Below, piece by piece: positions 20,916 through 29,464 of a DNA stretch of 64,000 bases. Location: assembly GCA_965248195.1 (NCBI GenBank), contig CBDFIQ010000002.1, positions 3,008,001-3,072,000 on the forward strand, given 5' to 3'. The position numbers and the translations under genes are program-made. Within the stretch, counting starts at the first letter, position 1; each line of letters begins with the position of its first letter. A model generated the notes under the pieces. The model was not told where the DNA came from. It saw only the letters and a program-made list of their open reading frames with translations, and searched no databases. Source of the stretch: Longimicrobiales bacterium. GTDB taxonomy: Bacteria > Gemmatimonadota > Gemmatimonadetes > Longimicrobiales > Gaopeijiaceae.

Positions 20916-21426
20916 GGCCTTGTCTCCGTGTGGCCTGGATCCTAGCCCATATTATCCCCCGCTCCTGACGGTACTCCGGCAGACGCTCGGACTCGAAGCG
21001 CCGATCGCCGACCTCCGTCACCCTGAAGGGGTCCGACTGGATTGCTTGGATCGCCTTGGTGAGCTGGGCGGCTTCCATCTCGTCGAGCGTGAGGCCATCG
21101 ACAACGCTGGCGTCAGTCAGGTCGGGCAGCAGCCAGACCGTGTCGTAATAAATCTGATGGCCGTTCGCGCCCGAATCGACTCGGCCTATCAGGGAGTACG
21201 TGCCGGACTGGAATCCCTGGCTGGCGGCTTTGTTCTCGCGAACCTCGTAGTAGTCGCCAGCGGAGGAGGTCGCCGCGGTGATCGCCGCGACTTCCGACGT
21301 GCCCTTCAGCTCATACGTGAGCGTCCAGCCCTCGGAGGGTGGGTATTTGACGGAAGTGCGATCCCACTCCCAGTTTGCGCCGATGACCAGTATCGCTGGC
21401 TCTGATGTCGGTGGAGTTGCGGGCAA
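20878..21426 (-). CDS. Phage protein, head-tail joining (gpW-position) candidate
   Basis: Located between TerL-A and portal-A; YPPSEGWTLTY N-terminus and EVGDRRFE...L..YRQE C-terminus. Confidence 0.55.
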   Translation of the reverse strand: MPATPPTSEPAILVIGANWEWDRTSVKYPPSEGWTLTYELKGTSEVAAITAATSSAGDYYEVRENKAASQGFQSGTYSLIGRVDSGANGHQIYYDTVWLLPDLTDASVVDGLTLDEMEAAQLTKAIQAIQSDPFRVTEVGDRRFESERLPEYRQERGIIWARIQATRRQGHERRKVVFGAVS

Positions 21427-21505
21427 AATACCGTCCCTTGTGTGGTACTATGGATTCATCCACTAGGAACAGTACGGGAACGGAGATTTTCGCGTAATCC
21501 CCGAA

Positions 21506-21547
21506 ATCGGTAGGTACCGGTATCGGTAGGTACCGGTATCGATAGGT
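21506..21547. repeat. 16-bp tandem repeat atcggtaggtaccggt, about 2.6 copies
   Basis: Copies at 21506-21521 and 21522-21537, degenerate third from 21538; intergenic. Confidence 0.85.
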
Positions 21548-21562
21548 TGCGGGAGGAGCGAG

Positions 21563-21883
21563 TCAGCCCGCTTGAGGAGTGGCGATTCCCGCGCTACGGA
21601 GAGCTTCTGCTAGGGGCCTGAACTCCGCTATCCTGGCCTCGTAAAGAGCCACGAGCGTGTCGCGTGGCGTTCTCTCACTCTCCACAAGCCTCCTGATTTC
21701 TTTCGCATATTGCCGGACCGTGTGAGGCGAGATCGAGAGCATCTCGCCTGTCTCTCGGTAGGGCATCCCGAAGCCGACGAGGGCGACGACCTCCCGGTAT
21801 CTCAGGGTCAGGCGCGCGTCCTTGTTCACGGTCCTCGCCTTCAGGCGCCACTTGCGTGCGCGGGGATCTGATGACCGAAACAT
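21563..21883 (-). CDS. LuxR/GerE-type HTH regulator
   Basis: LTLRYREVVALVGFGMPYRETGEMLSISPHTVRQY. Confidence 0.75.
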   Translation of the reverse strand: MFRSSDPRARKWRLKARTVNKDARLTLRYREVVALVGFGMPYRETGEMLSISPHTVRQYAKEIRRLVESERTPRDTLVALYEARIAEFRPLAEALRSAGIATPQAG

Positions 21884-22116
21884 TCGATGTCCTCCTTGTA
21901 GCGCTCTCCGATCTCGCGCTGGCGATGAAGGAACGCATAGATTGAGACCGTGCGGTCCCACGGGTCTCTCACGAACGTGAAAACCTGGAGAGCCGCTCCG
22001 CGTCGGCTCCGGAGCTCGGCCAGCGTGAGGTGGATCTCGTGCATCGAAAGCCCGAGCGCGGCCCGCACGGCCTGGCCGCCGGTACGGGGGACGTGAGCGA
22101 ACACGGCTGGTCTCAT
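21841..22116 (-). pseudogene. Sulfotransferase family 2 remnant with internal deletion
   Basis: 5'-PSB-like FAHVPRTGG, 3'-PB-like FTFVRDPWDRTVS.Y, terminal RYKEDIECFG; only about 90 aa. Confidence 0.7.
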
Positions 22117-24008
22117 TTCTTCCATCCCGTAGCCCAGTTCTTTTTACGAGGGGGCGCTGGACGTGCGGGCTTCTCCTCGGCCTCCTCCTCGACGGGCTCC
22201 CGAAGTTTGTCCGCCATCGTGCCGAGCCGCTTCACCAGCGGGTCGCCGAGCGAGTAGAGCGCTGCGAGCGCGTAGACCTCGAGGTCGATGGCCTCGTTGC
22301 GGTCGCGGTTCTGCACGAAAGCGTATACGAACTTCCTACCCTGGCGGACTTTCTTGCGGGTCTCAGCACCGAATTGGGCGAAATACTCCGCGTCCGCGCC
22401 CGTCTTCGTCGGCCCACAAAAGTGCATGTAGCCGGGTCCGCCGGGCTCCTCGCGGGAAGCGGTCAGAGCGAGCCGGCGGAAGATGATCGTCTTGAAGCTG
22501 TGCGTGTTGATCGTCCACGGCTTCACGCGAGACCGATTCGGGCGCTTCAAGCGCTGGAGCGCCTCTCGCACCCGGGCGTCCGCACCCTTCGACGCGTAGA
22601 TCCCACGGCCTTCCTTGCCACGGATGAACCGGAACACGCGATCCTGCAAATAACCGGAGTCGATCATCGTCGCGCGAATCCGGAGATCCCGGCCGGACTC
22701 GTGACGGTACGTCTTCGTGAGCATGTACTCGAGTTCCTGCCAGACCTCGTCCTGCTCCGGATCGCCATGCAGACGTTCGTGCGTGATCAGCCACGACTCT
22801 TCGCGGTCGCCCCAGCCTTTGACAGCGACCTCGAGCCGGTCGTCCTGGACGTCGACGGACGCGGTGAGCACACCGACGCCGTTCGGTATCTCGGCCGGGT
22901 ATTTCTGTGCGGTACTGGCGAGGTCGCCAGGCTCGAACGTCTGGTCTCGTTCCTCCCACGGCTCGCCGAGCTGCAGGTTGATGAACGTCTTCAACTCCTC
23001 GGGGCTGCGCTTCTTCTCGAGCCATAGCGCCGCGAGCTCCGGCCACGTCACCCATGGGGAGTAGAGCGCCGAAATGTGGAAGCCGGGGAAGCGGCCCTCC
23101 GGATTCGTGGCACGCCACTCACCCCCCTCGAGCATCCGGCGCTTTTCGATTTCCTCGATGATCGAGCCGCACTCCCCGCAGACGTACACCGCCGTCTCGG
23201 GCCGATAGACCGTCTCGCCGTCTACCTCCGCACTCTCCCATTTCACGCTCTTCCACACGAGCACCTGGTGCTGATCGCAGTGCGGGCACGGCACGAAGTA
23301 CCTGCGCATATCCGACGCGAGCCATTCCGGCCAGATCCGGCTCGTCTCCAGATCGCCCGGTGAGGAGACCAGCAAGACCTTGCGGTTCCAGAAGTTGCGA
23401 GTGCGCTGGATGCCGAGGCTCAACGGGTCGCCCTCCGTGCCGGCCGAAGCCGGGTAGCGGTCGATCTCGTCGCCAAGGAAATCGCGGATCGGATCCGACG
23501 ACAGATCGGCCGCCGAGTTCGCGCCTACGATCGTCAGGAGGCCTCCCGGGTAAGTCTTCTGGAGCGTCGTGTTGCCCGAGTCACGGGTCCTCGCGTCCGC
23601 CACCTTACCGCGCAGTGCCTTCGAGTCGCGGAGCATCGGAGCCAGCCGCGTCTTGCTCCATCCCTGCGCCTTCTTGAGCGTCGGCTGTACCACCATCGCC
23701 GGGCATGGGTCCTTGTGGATCCGTGATCCCAAGTAGTTCATCACCACTTCGGTCTTCCCGACCTGAGACGCGGAAGCCCACACCACCTTACGCACCAAGG
23801 GATCGCCGAGCGTGTCCATGATTTCGCGGAGGTACGGCACACGACTCGTGCGCCATGGCCCCGGCTCAGGACACGACTCGGGCGAGAGGACGCGGTAGCG
23901 GTCCGCCCATTCGGAGACCGTCATGCGGACCGGCGGCTGGAGACGGGCACGTATCTCTTCCGCGCCGACCGCATGGGCCCGGGCGCGGGAGTCCGCGACC
24001 ACGCTCAC
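22113..24008 (-). CDS. Terminase large subunit, lambda GpA family (module A), intact
   Basis: VSEWAD, PGPWRT, SQVGKT, DEIDRYP, VPCPHC, GFHISALYSPW, DVQDDRLE, RNEAIDL.VYALAA. Confidence 0.95.
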   Translation of the reverse strand: MSVVADSRARAHAVGAEEIRARLQPPVRMTVSEWADRYRVLSPESCPEPGPWRTSRVPYLREIMDTLGDPLVRKVVWASASQVGKTEVVMNYLGSRIHKDPCPAMVVQPTLKKAQGWSKTRLAPMLRDSKALRGKVADARTRDSGNTTLQKTYPGGLLTIVGANSAADLSSDPIRDFLGDEIDRYPASAGTEGDPLSLGIQRTRNFWNRKVLLVSSPGDLETSRIWPEWLASDMRRYFVPCPHCDQHQVLVWKSVKWESAEVDGETVYRPETAVYVCGECGSIIEEIEKRRMLEGGEWRATNPEGRFPGFHISALYSPWVTWPELAALWLEKKRSPEELKTFINLQLGEPWEERDQTFEPGDLASTAQKYPAEIPNGVGVLTASVDVQDDRLEVAVKGWGDREESWLITHERLHGDPEQDEVWQELEYMLTKTYRHESGRDLRIRATMIDSGYLQDRVFRFIRGKEGRGIYASKGADARVREALQRLKRPNRSRVKPWTINTHSFKTIIFRRLALTASREEPGGPGYMHFCGPTKTGADAEYFAQFGAETRKKVRQGRKFVYAFVQNRDRNEAIDLEVYALAALYSLGDPLVKRLGTMADKLREPVEEEAEEKPARPAPPRKKNWATGWKK

Positions 24009-24649
24009 GCGGCAGGCTCCATCTCGTCCACGATGCGCTTGGCCAGCTTCGGCCCGATGCCCTTGATCCGGGTCACATCCCCAAGCGCGCGGAGCTGGGC
24101 GAAGGTCTCCACCCCCGCAGCGACAAGCGCCCGATACCCTGGAAAGTCCTCCGGGAGGGGATCGGCCGCAGCTTCGCCTTCCAGTTCGAGCGAATCAGCG
24201 ACGCTCGCCATATCCCTGAGCAACCCCTCGCTGCACACCCGCATCGCTTCCGTCCCTTCCGCCGGCGTCGGGATGCCGACAACCTGCGGGCCCCACGATC
24301 CGGGCACAGACAACAGTGCCGCACGGAACGCGTCGGCTACCTTGCCCACGACGGTGCGATGGTCAGCGATGGCGATGAGTTCGCCCTCCGCCTTCGCCAC
24401 CTCGATTCGACGACGCCGCACTTCGAGCTCCGCCTGCTCGAGCTTGGCCCGGCCCAGCGCTGAATCGGACGGGCGAACACGCTCACGCTCGCGCTCTACG
24501 TACCAGGCGACCGCTTCGCGCAGATCGTAGAGGCGTGTGCCCCGCCGACCCGGCTTCGATGGCAAACCCAGGTCGTCGAAGTTTCGTATTTGGCGGCCCG
24601 TAAGGCTCAACACCTCGGCCAACTCCTTCTGTGTGACCTCAAGGGTCAT
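24005..24649 (-). CDS. Terminase small subunit (Nu1-like) with a C-terminal helix-hairpin-helix
   Basis: N-terminal wHTH VTQKELAEVLSLTGRQIRN..GLP...YDL; coiled coil; IKGIGPKLAKRI HhH motif; precedes GpA. Confidence 0.8.
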   Translation of the reverse strand: MTLEVTQKELAEVLSLTGRQIRNFDDLGLPSKPGRRGTRLYDLREAVAWYVERERERVRPSDSALGRAKLEQAELEVRRRRIEVAKAEGELIAIADHRTVVGKVADAFRAALLSVPGSWGPQVVGIPTPAEGTEAMRVCSEGLLRDMASVADSLELEGEAAADPLPEDFPGYRALVAAGVETFAQLRALGDVTRIKGIGPKLAKRIVDEMEPAA

Positions 24650-24689
24650 AGGAAACGGAAATCAGTTTTTTCAACCCCCGTCGCTAGCG

Positions 24690-24741
24690 AAATTCGGCTC
24701 TCTTGCGTGACCCGTCGGGGGAAGTGACGAGAAGGACCCGC
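24690..24741 (-). other. Lambda-like cos site (cosQ plus cosN flank)
   Basis: Minus strand CGGGTCCTTctcgtcacttccCCCGACGGGTCACG resembles lambda CGGGTCCTTTCCGGTGATCCGACAGGTTACG; just upstream of TerS. Confidence 0.65.
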
Positions 24742-24764
24742 GACGATCTAACCGGCAGTCCCGC

Positions 24765-25442
24765 TCACCGCGCTGTCCTCACCGCCCGATCGAAGCTCGC
24801 CTCGAAGTTGCTCTCGAAGCTCTGCTCGAACACGGTCTGGGCCGTGACCTCGAACTCGAGCGAGGGCTCGATTTCGGCTTTCGGCGTGAACGAGAAGAGC
24901 ATCCTGAGCTTTCCGACGCGACGCTGACCCCGTGGCTTACGCTTTCCCCCACGCCGTCCAAGCCGCTGCAATATCGCCCCGGTGCCGTCGGACTTGCGGA
25001 TCATGAACGTGCGCTTCTTGCCCCTGTGGACCTCGGCCCTCGGGCCGCTGCCCCAGCGTTCGAACTCCAGACGCCGGGGTCGCATGACCCTCGACACCAC
25101 ACCGGTCTTGCCCCTCCGCACTTCATCGGGCACGGCCAGGCGTGTGCCACGAGGCCGCACTGTCCCGCCCTCCTCGAACTTGAACAAGAACCCACGGCTT
25201 GGGTCGATTTCTACGATGGCCTCGAGGTCTCGCTTCGTGCTGAACTTGCTGACCTTCACGCCCTGCAGCACGTAGGGCCTGCGGATCGTGAAGCGCCGGC
25301 GCATCCCGTCGCGCTGCACAGCCTGGATTCCTTTGGCGGTGTGATTGATCGCCAGCGACGTGGCAAACGGCACCTGGTCGCGGAACAGGAAGCGGAGCGA
25401 CCGCACGACCTCGGCCGCATTGGTATCCACGTCGATTCTCAT
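24765..25442 (-). CDS. Phage protein (gpZ / HK97 gp10-like neck-tail completion candidate)
   Basis: QVPFATSLAINHTA motif; basic protein immediately upstream of cos. Confidence 0.6.
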   Translation of the reverse strand: MRIDVDTNAAEVVRSLRFLFRDQVPFATSLAINHTAKGIQAVQRDGMRRRFTIRRPYVLQGVKVSKFSTKRDLEAIVEIDPSRGFLFKFEEGGTVRPRGTRLAVPDEVRRGKTGVVSRVMRPRRLEFERWGSGPRAEVHRGKKRTFMIRKSDGTGAILQRLGRRGGKRKPRGQRRVGKLRMLFSFTPKAEIEPSLEFEVTAQTVFEQSFESNFEASFDRAVRTAR

Positions 25443-25554
25443 GCCACCGCCCTCCGGTCATGCCCCTCGACCGTGATGTGCCCCAAGTTATCGGGCCCGA
25501 GCATGGAAGTATTCGGTGCTATTTGGCACCTCTGTGACGCCCTTCGCATGAATG

Positions 25555-25607
25555 AAAAAACCCGACACCTCGATCCCCTTGCGCTCTCTGGGGGTCGTGG
25601 TGCCGGG
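25555..25607 (-). terminator. Long intrinsic terminator / attenuator hairpin ahead of the packaging genes
   Basis: Minus strand cccggcacc-acga-cccc...gggg-atcga-ggtgtcggg followed by tttttt. Confidence 0.7.
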
Positions 25608-25643
25608 GTCCCGGTATGGGGTGCCCGACGTCGCTTTTACTGT

Positions 25644-25886
25644 CTACAAAGCTAGGGCTTCTGGTCCTGCCGGGTCAACAGGAGCAGCCTCGGTCTCGCT
25701 GCCGGGATCGGTCGTCTCGCGCATCACGTCCGTGCTGTCCAATGTCCGCCATTCCACCGTCCGGATGCGGCCCGCTTTGAAGTGCACGTACAGGTGGCCC
25801 GTGTGCTCGTTCTCCGGCAGTAGACCTAGCCGCGCATCCACGATCTCCTGGAGCACCCTGCGGACCTCGGTGTCGGAGCTCACCAC
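25644..25886 (-). CDS. Small phage protein (DUF2292/YezD-like)
   Basis: TGHLYVHFKAGRIRTVE motif; lies directly before the hairpin. Confidence 0.4.
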   Translation of the reverse strand: MVSSDTEVRRVLQEIVDARLGLLPENEHTGHLYVHFKAGRIRTVEWRTLDSTDVMRETTDPGSETEAAPVDPAGPEALAL

Positions 25887-25959
25887 CCCATGTCCACGAT
25901 CCAGCGCCAGGCCCAGACGTTCAGCGCGATCACCGATAGCTTCCGGGGATCTGCGTCAT

Positions 25960-26358
25960 TTATTCTGGCTCCTGCTCAGTGGCCCAACTGCGCTCCGCTA
26001 TCTTCTGGCGAGCAATCAGATCACCCAACACGGGATTGATGCCCGCTTTCATCCACGCCAGGTTCGATACCTGGGGGGTGTAGACCATGATCACCATGCC
26101 GTTTTTTTCGGTCGCGTCCTCCTCCATGAGCCGGAGGGTTTCCCTCGCACAGAGCGCAGCTATCTTCTTGGGTGCCAATGCCTCAAAGGCGCCGGCAAAC
26201 GACCTTTCTATGATTCCGCGAGTAAATGCGGTGACTCTGCGCTTCGCGATGAACACAGGTGGCTCTTTGTTTTTTTGGCCCGGCGCGATGTAGAGATCCC
26301 CGTCGGTATCGCCGTTCCCTTGGAGGTAGACAACCAAATTGTCGGGAAGCCGCCTCAT
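25960..26358 (-). CDS. Hypothetical phage protein
   Basis: ATGA overlap with the methyltransferase stop; 132-aa ORF starting MRRLPDNLVVY. Confidence 0.55.
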   Translation of the reverse strand: MRRLPDNLVVYLQGNGDTDGDLYIAPGQKNKEPPVFIAKRRVTAFTRGIIERSFAGAFEALAPKKIAALCARETLRLMEEDATEKNGMVIMVYTPQVSNLAWMKAGINPVLGDLIARQKIAERSWATEQEPE

Positions 26359-27322
26359 GCCACCTCCTTCACGTCCCGGTAGGCCCGGATGAACGCCGCC
26401 GCGACTTGCGGGATGATCGCGTTGCCGTAGGCGCGCAGGCGTCCCACGCGGTTGGGTACCCCCATGAGCCAGCGGGAATGTGCCGGATTCAACGCGCCGC
26501 GCTTTCCCGTCCGCACAGTCCAAAAAACTTGATCCCTCAACCCAAAAGTGGCACATGGATCCTTCCTGTTCTCCGCCGCGCCATTGTGATCCGATGCCAC
26601 CGGGGTCTGCCAGCCCGCAAGCGCCGCCACGTCGTCCAGGTTCAGCATGTGCCCCTGCTCGCGCCGCTCCAATGCCTTCTCGGGATTCGTCTGCAACCCG
26701 CCCCGGCTCTCTGGTATCGCATTGGGCGTCGGCCAGCCCGCCAGCAGATCCGTCGTCTTCCGGCTGGAATCCGTGTTGCCCGCTGCGTTGTATCCCTTCT
26801 GCGCTGGCGTCCCGGCCATCGGCGTCGGCCACCCACCAAAGCCGCTGCCGGATGTGCGGTGCACCGACGCACGCAGCCGGCAGATCGGCAGCCCCGCAGG
26901 CATATCCCATGTGCTCCTAGATCAGCGCGTACTCCGGCGAGCCATTCACGTCCAAGGTTGCTCGCAACCTGCTCTCCAAAGACCGTTGCAGGTCGGCGCT
27001 CGGCGATGAGCCGGAAAAAAGCGGGCCACAGGTGTCTTCGATCGGCATGGCCACGTCGCTGTCCAGCGCTCGAAAGCGGCTGACAGGGAACGGAGCTGGT
27101 CCAGACGGGCCGCTCGTCGGGCCATCCGGCGAGGCGGAGCGCATGGCCCCAGCCGCCGATCCCGGCGAAGAAATGACACTGGGTGTAGCCTTCGAGTTCA
27201 TCCGGCGCGACCTCTTCGATGCTCCGCTCGTCCACGTCGCCGGGCGCGATCAGCCCCTCCGCGATCAGGTTCCGCAGCCACTCGGCGGCATACGGCTCGA
27301 TCTCGTTGTAGTAGGCTGTCAC
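26355..27322 (-). pseudogene. Phage C5 cytosine methyltransferase (permuted type), main frame, with two +1 insertions (26918 and about 26460)
   Basis: YYNEI, FFAGIGG (I), SVPCQPLS (IV), FGEQV (VI), PHIRQRLWWV (VIII), RLRAYGNAIIPQVA (X). Confidence 0.85.
26370..27201 (-). CDS. Overprinted +1-frame ORF within that methyltransferase gene (putative second subunit carrying TRD-like repeats and motif IX), broken by the same insertions
   Basis: GAGG 9 nt before the ATG; three GW(P/Q)TP repeats; LNPAHSRWLMG(YP) motif IX-like; end approximate. Confidence 0.65.
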
Positions 27323-27413
27323 GTGCTTTCATGTCCACTCACGCCACGCTTCTCCGGTCGCTGCCCTGTACGGGTCACATGCCGGTAGTTCTGAGGCCCG
27401 GGCCGCGAAGTGC

Positions 27414-27818
27414 TCATTCGACTATCCCCACGCCCTCCCAACCAAGAGGGCGCTTACCGTCGGCCCAAGCATTCATCCGCTCATGCCATTCTGCGTGACA
27501 CGGTGGGCATAGATCGCCAGTCGGCCAATCGTCTGCTTCCGCGCCGAACACCATCCGCGGCGCCCAGTGATGAAGTTCGACACCAGGCACGCCACAATGC
27601 TCGCATATCCCGCCGATGAAGTCCTTCTCGATTGGTATTTCGTCAAGACAACTATGTCCGTGCTCGCCCATCCACCTCAGCAATTCCGGGTCCGTTCTAG
27701 CAATATTGAGCGCCCCAGACCTCTCAGGGTCGGCCCGAATATGAAACCTGCCCGACCTCATCCGAACCCGGAAAAACCGCGTCTCAAGTTCGTCGTCCCA
27801 CAGGCCCGGCTTGATCAT
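27414..27818 (-). CDS. HNH-like endonuclease / zinc-finger protein
   Basis: CEHC...ELHH...LCPPCHAEWH. Confidence 0.65.
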   Translation of the reverse strand: MIKPGLWDDELETRFFRVRMRSGRFHIRADPERSGALNIARTDPELLRWMGEHGHSCLDEIPIEKDFIGGICEHCGVPGVELHHWAPRMVFGAEADDWPTGDLCPPCHAEWHERMNAWADGKRPLGWEGVGIVE

Positions 27819-29464
27819 CCAATACCCCAGGACGGTTCTTCATCCGGCATGCTCTCCCGCATCTGGAGCGTGTTCGTATCTAGGATCATGCCCCACTCGA
27901 CGGGTGGCCCGAAACGGTTCTTGTCCAGCTTTACATCGGCCTTGTACAGCCCCTCGCTGTGACGCTCTTGCTTGCCGATGAGCATGACTTGGTCGGCATC
28001 GTTTTCGAGGCTAGAACCACCCAAAAGCCCTTCCTTCCGGAGCTCTCCGCCACCAAAACTCATCTGGCGGTTGACCTGAGAGAGACCGATCGACAGGAGG
28101 CGATGTTTCTGTGCGAGGCCTCGGATGGTGTGTGATACTTCGGTCACTTGGTGCACCATCGTCTCAGCGCTCTGGACCCAAGCCAATTGCAGGTAATCGA
28201 CGATAAACGTTCGGCACCCCTCGCCATGGTACCGCTCGAAGACGAGCGCAATTTGATCTAAGCGATATATGGGCTCCGGGTTCACGCGGATGGAGCCACC
28301 AGCCTCCTGGAGTATCTCTGTCGCCGCGTCCCACGCATCGGGCGAGAATCGGCGGCCGTGCTCCATCTTGCGAGCTTCCTCCCCGGAATAGATCGTGAGA
28401 AGCCGAGTCAAAACCTCCTGTTGACTCATCTCTAGAGAGATCAAGCACACGTGCTCACCTGCCCGGACGGCAGCTGCCGCGAAGTTGACGGCTGCCAGAC
28501 TTTTTCCAGCTCCGGAGCTCGCCCCGATCAGAACATGCCATCCGTGGGCCAGCCCCTCTCCACCGCCCGCCCCCCGGCAGACCCGGTTCCACGTGGGCCA
28601 CGGCGTCCTCACGACGGAAAGGGGTTGAAGTTTTTCGTCCCGGATGCGCTCCAGCACAGCCCTGTCAGCCAGTTCCATAACGGGTGCACCGGTTACACCG
28701 CCGCCTTCGGTCGCCGGTGGGTCACTCGGTGCTAGTGTGTAACGGGCAACGGAGTCGGCGATCTGCCTGAGTTCGTCGTCAGGTAACGCTGGAATGCAGC
28801 GGGCTTCGTTTTCGGCCTGAATCGCTGCGAGTATCGCGGCACGCGACGCGCCCCTCCGTCTGAGTGAACCGGCCAGGCTCGTCAGGGTCTCGTTGCGCCC
28901 TCCCTCCATGATCCGCTCCGGGATCGGATCCGCTGGCCCCTGGCGTCCGTTCGAGGGACCGCCGACCAATTGCAGCAGCCACGGAGGTGCAGCGGTGAAA
29001 CGGGCCTCATTCGGCCCTCGGCCACTCACCCAACTGTATGCATCGCCTGTCGGATGCGGGCTCGGTGGAAGCACGACATACCCTCCTGTCCCACGGACGT
29101 CGATTCCCTCCCCAACCTTCCCGGCCGAGTTTCGAACGTCGGTATTTGTCGGCATCCGAAAGAAAAGGTGGTAGCCGCGTGCGGTCTTGCTGGCGACGCC
29201 CTTCCCGACGGTTCCATGTTCGTTTTGAAGGTCCACGAACCGCTGGATGGCCTCTGGGCCATCTAGGTCAAGAACCCAAGCACCGGACGGCTCGCCAGTA
29301 GCCAGAGCTAGCCCCCTGTCGGGGTGTCGTTCGAACCAGATTGCCGCCAATCGTTCTTCGGTCGAAGCGTCCAACACTCCATTCGACGTTGCGGGGATTT
29401 TGCCTTTCACCGGGAAGACCGCCCAACCCCGCGCCATCGCGTCGAGCGCCGCAGCTTCGATCAC
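27815..29464 (-). CDS. Bifunctional primase-polymerase + PriCT + DnaB/RecA-type helicase
   Basis: GWAVFPV, WVLDLDG, GYHLFF, IDVRGTGGYVVLPPS; EGGRNETL; Walker A GASSGAGKS, IVDYLQL, LSQVNR, LENDADQV, LDKNRFGP. Confidence 0.9.
   Translation of the reverse strand: MIEAAALDAMARGWAVFPVKGKIPATSNGVLDASTEERLAAIWFERHPDRGLALATGEPSGAWVLDLDGPEAIQRFVDLQNEHGTVGKGVASKTARGYHLFFRMPTNTDVRNSAGKVGEGIDVRGTGGYVVLPPSPHPTGDAYSWVSGRGPNEARFTAAPPWLLQLVGGPSNGRQGPADPIPERIMEGGRNETLTSLAGSLRRRGASRAAILAAIQAENEARCIPALPDDELRQIADSVARYTLAPSDPPATEGGGVTGAPVMELADRAVLERIRDEKLQPLSVVRTPWPTWNRVCRGAGGGEGLAHGWHVLIGASSGAGKSLAAVNFAAAAVRAGEHVCLISLEMSQQEVLTRLLTIYSGEEARKMEHGRRFSPDAWDAATEILQEAGGSIRVNPEPIYRLDQIALVFERYHGEGCRTFIVDYLQLAWVQSAETMVHQVTEVSHTIRGLAQKHRLLSIGLSQVNRQMSFGGGELRKEGLLGGSSLENDADQVMLIGKQERHSEGLYKADVKLDKNRFGPPVEWGMILDTNTLQMRESMPDEEPSWGIG

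Noticed and set aside
21506..21547. Possible CRISPR array
   Set aside because: The repeats are 16 bp and directly abutting, with no spacers and no cas genes
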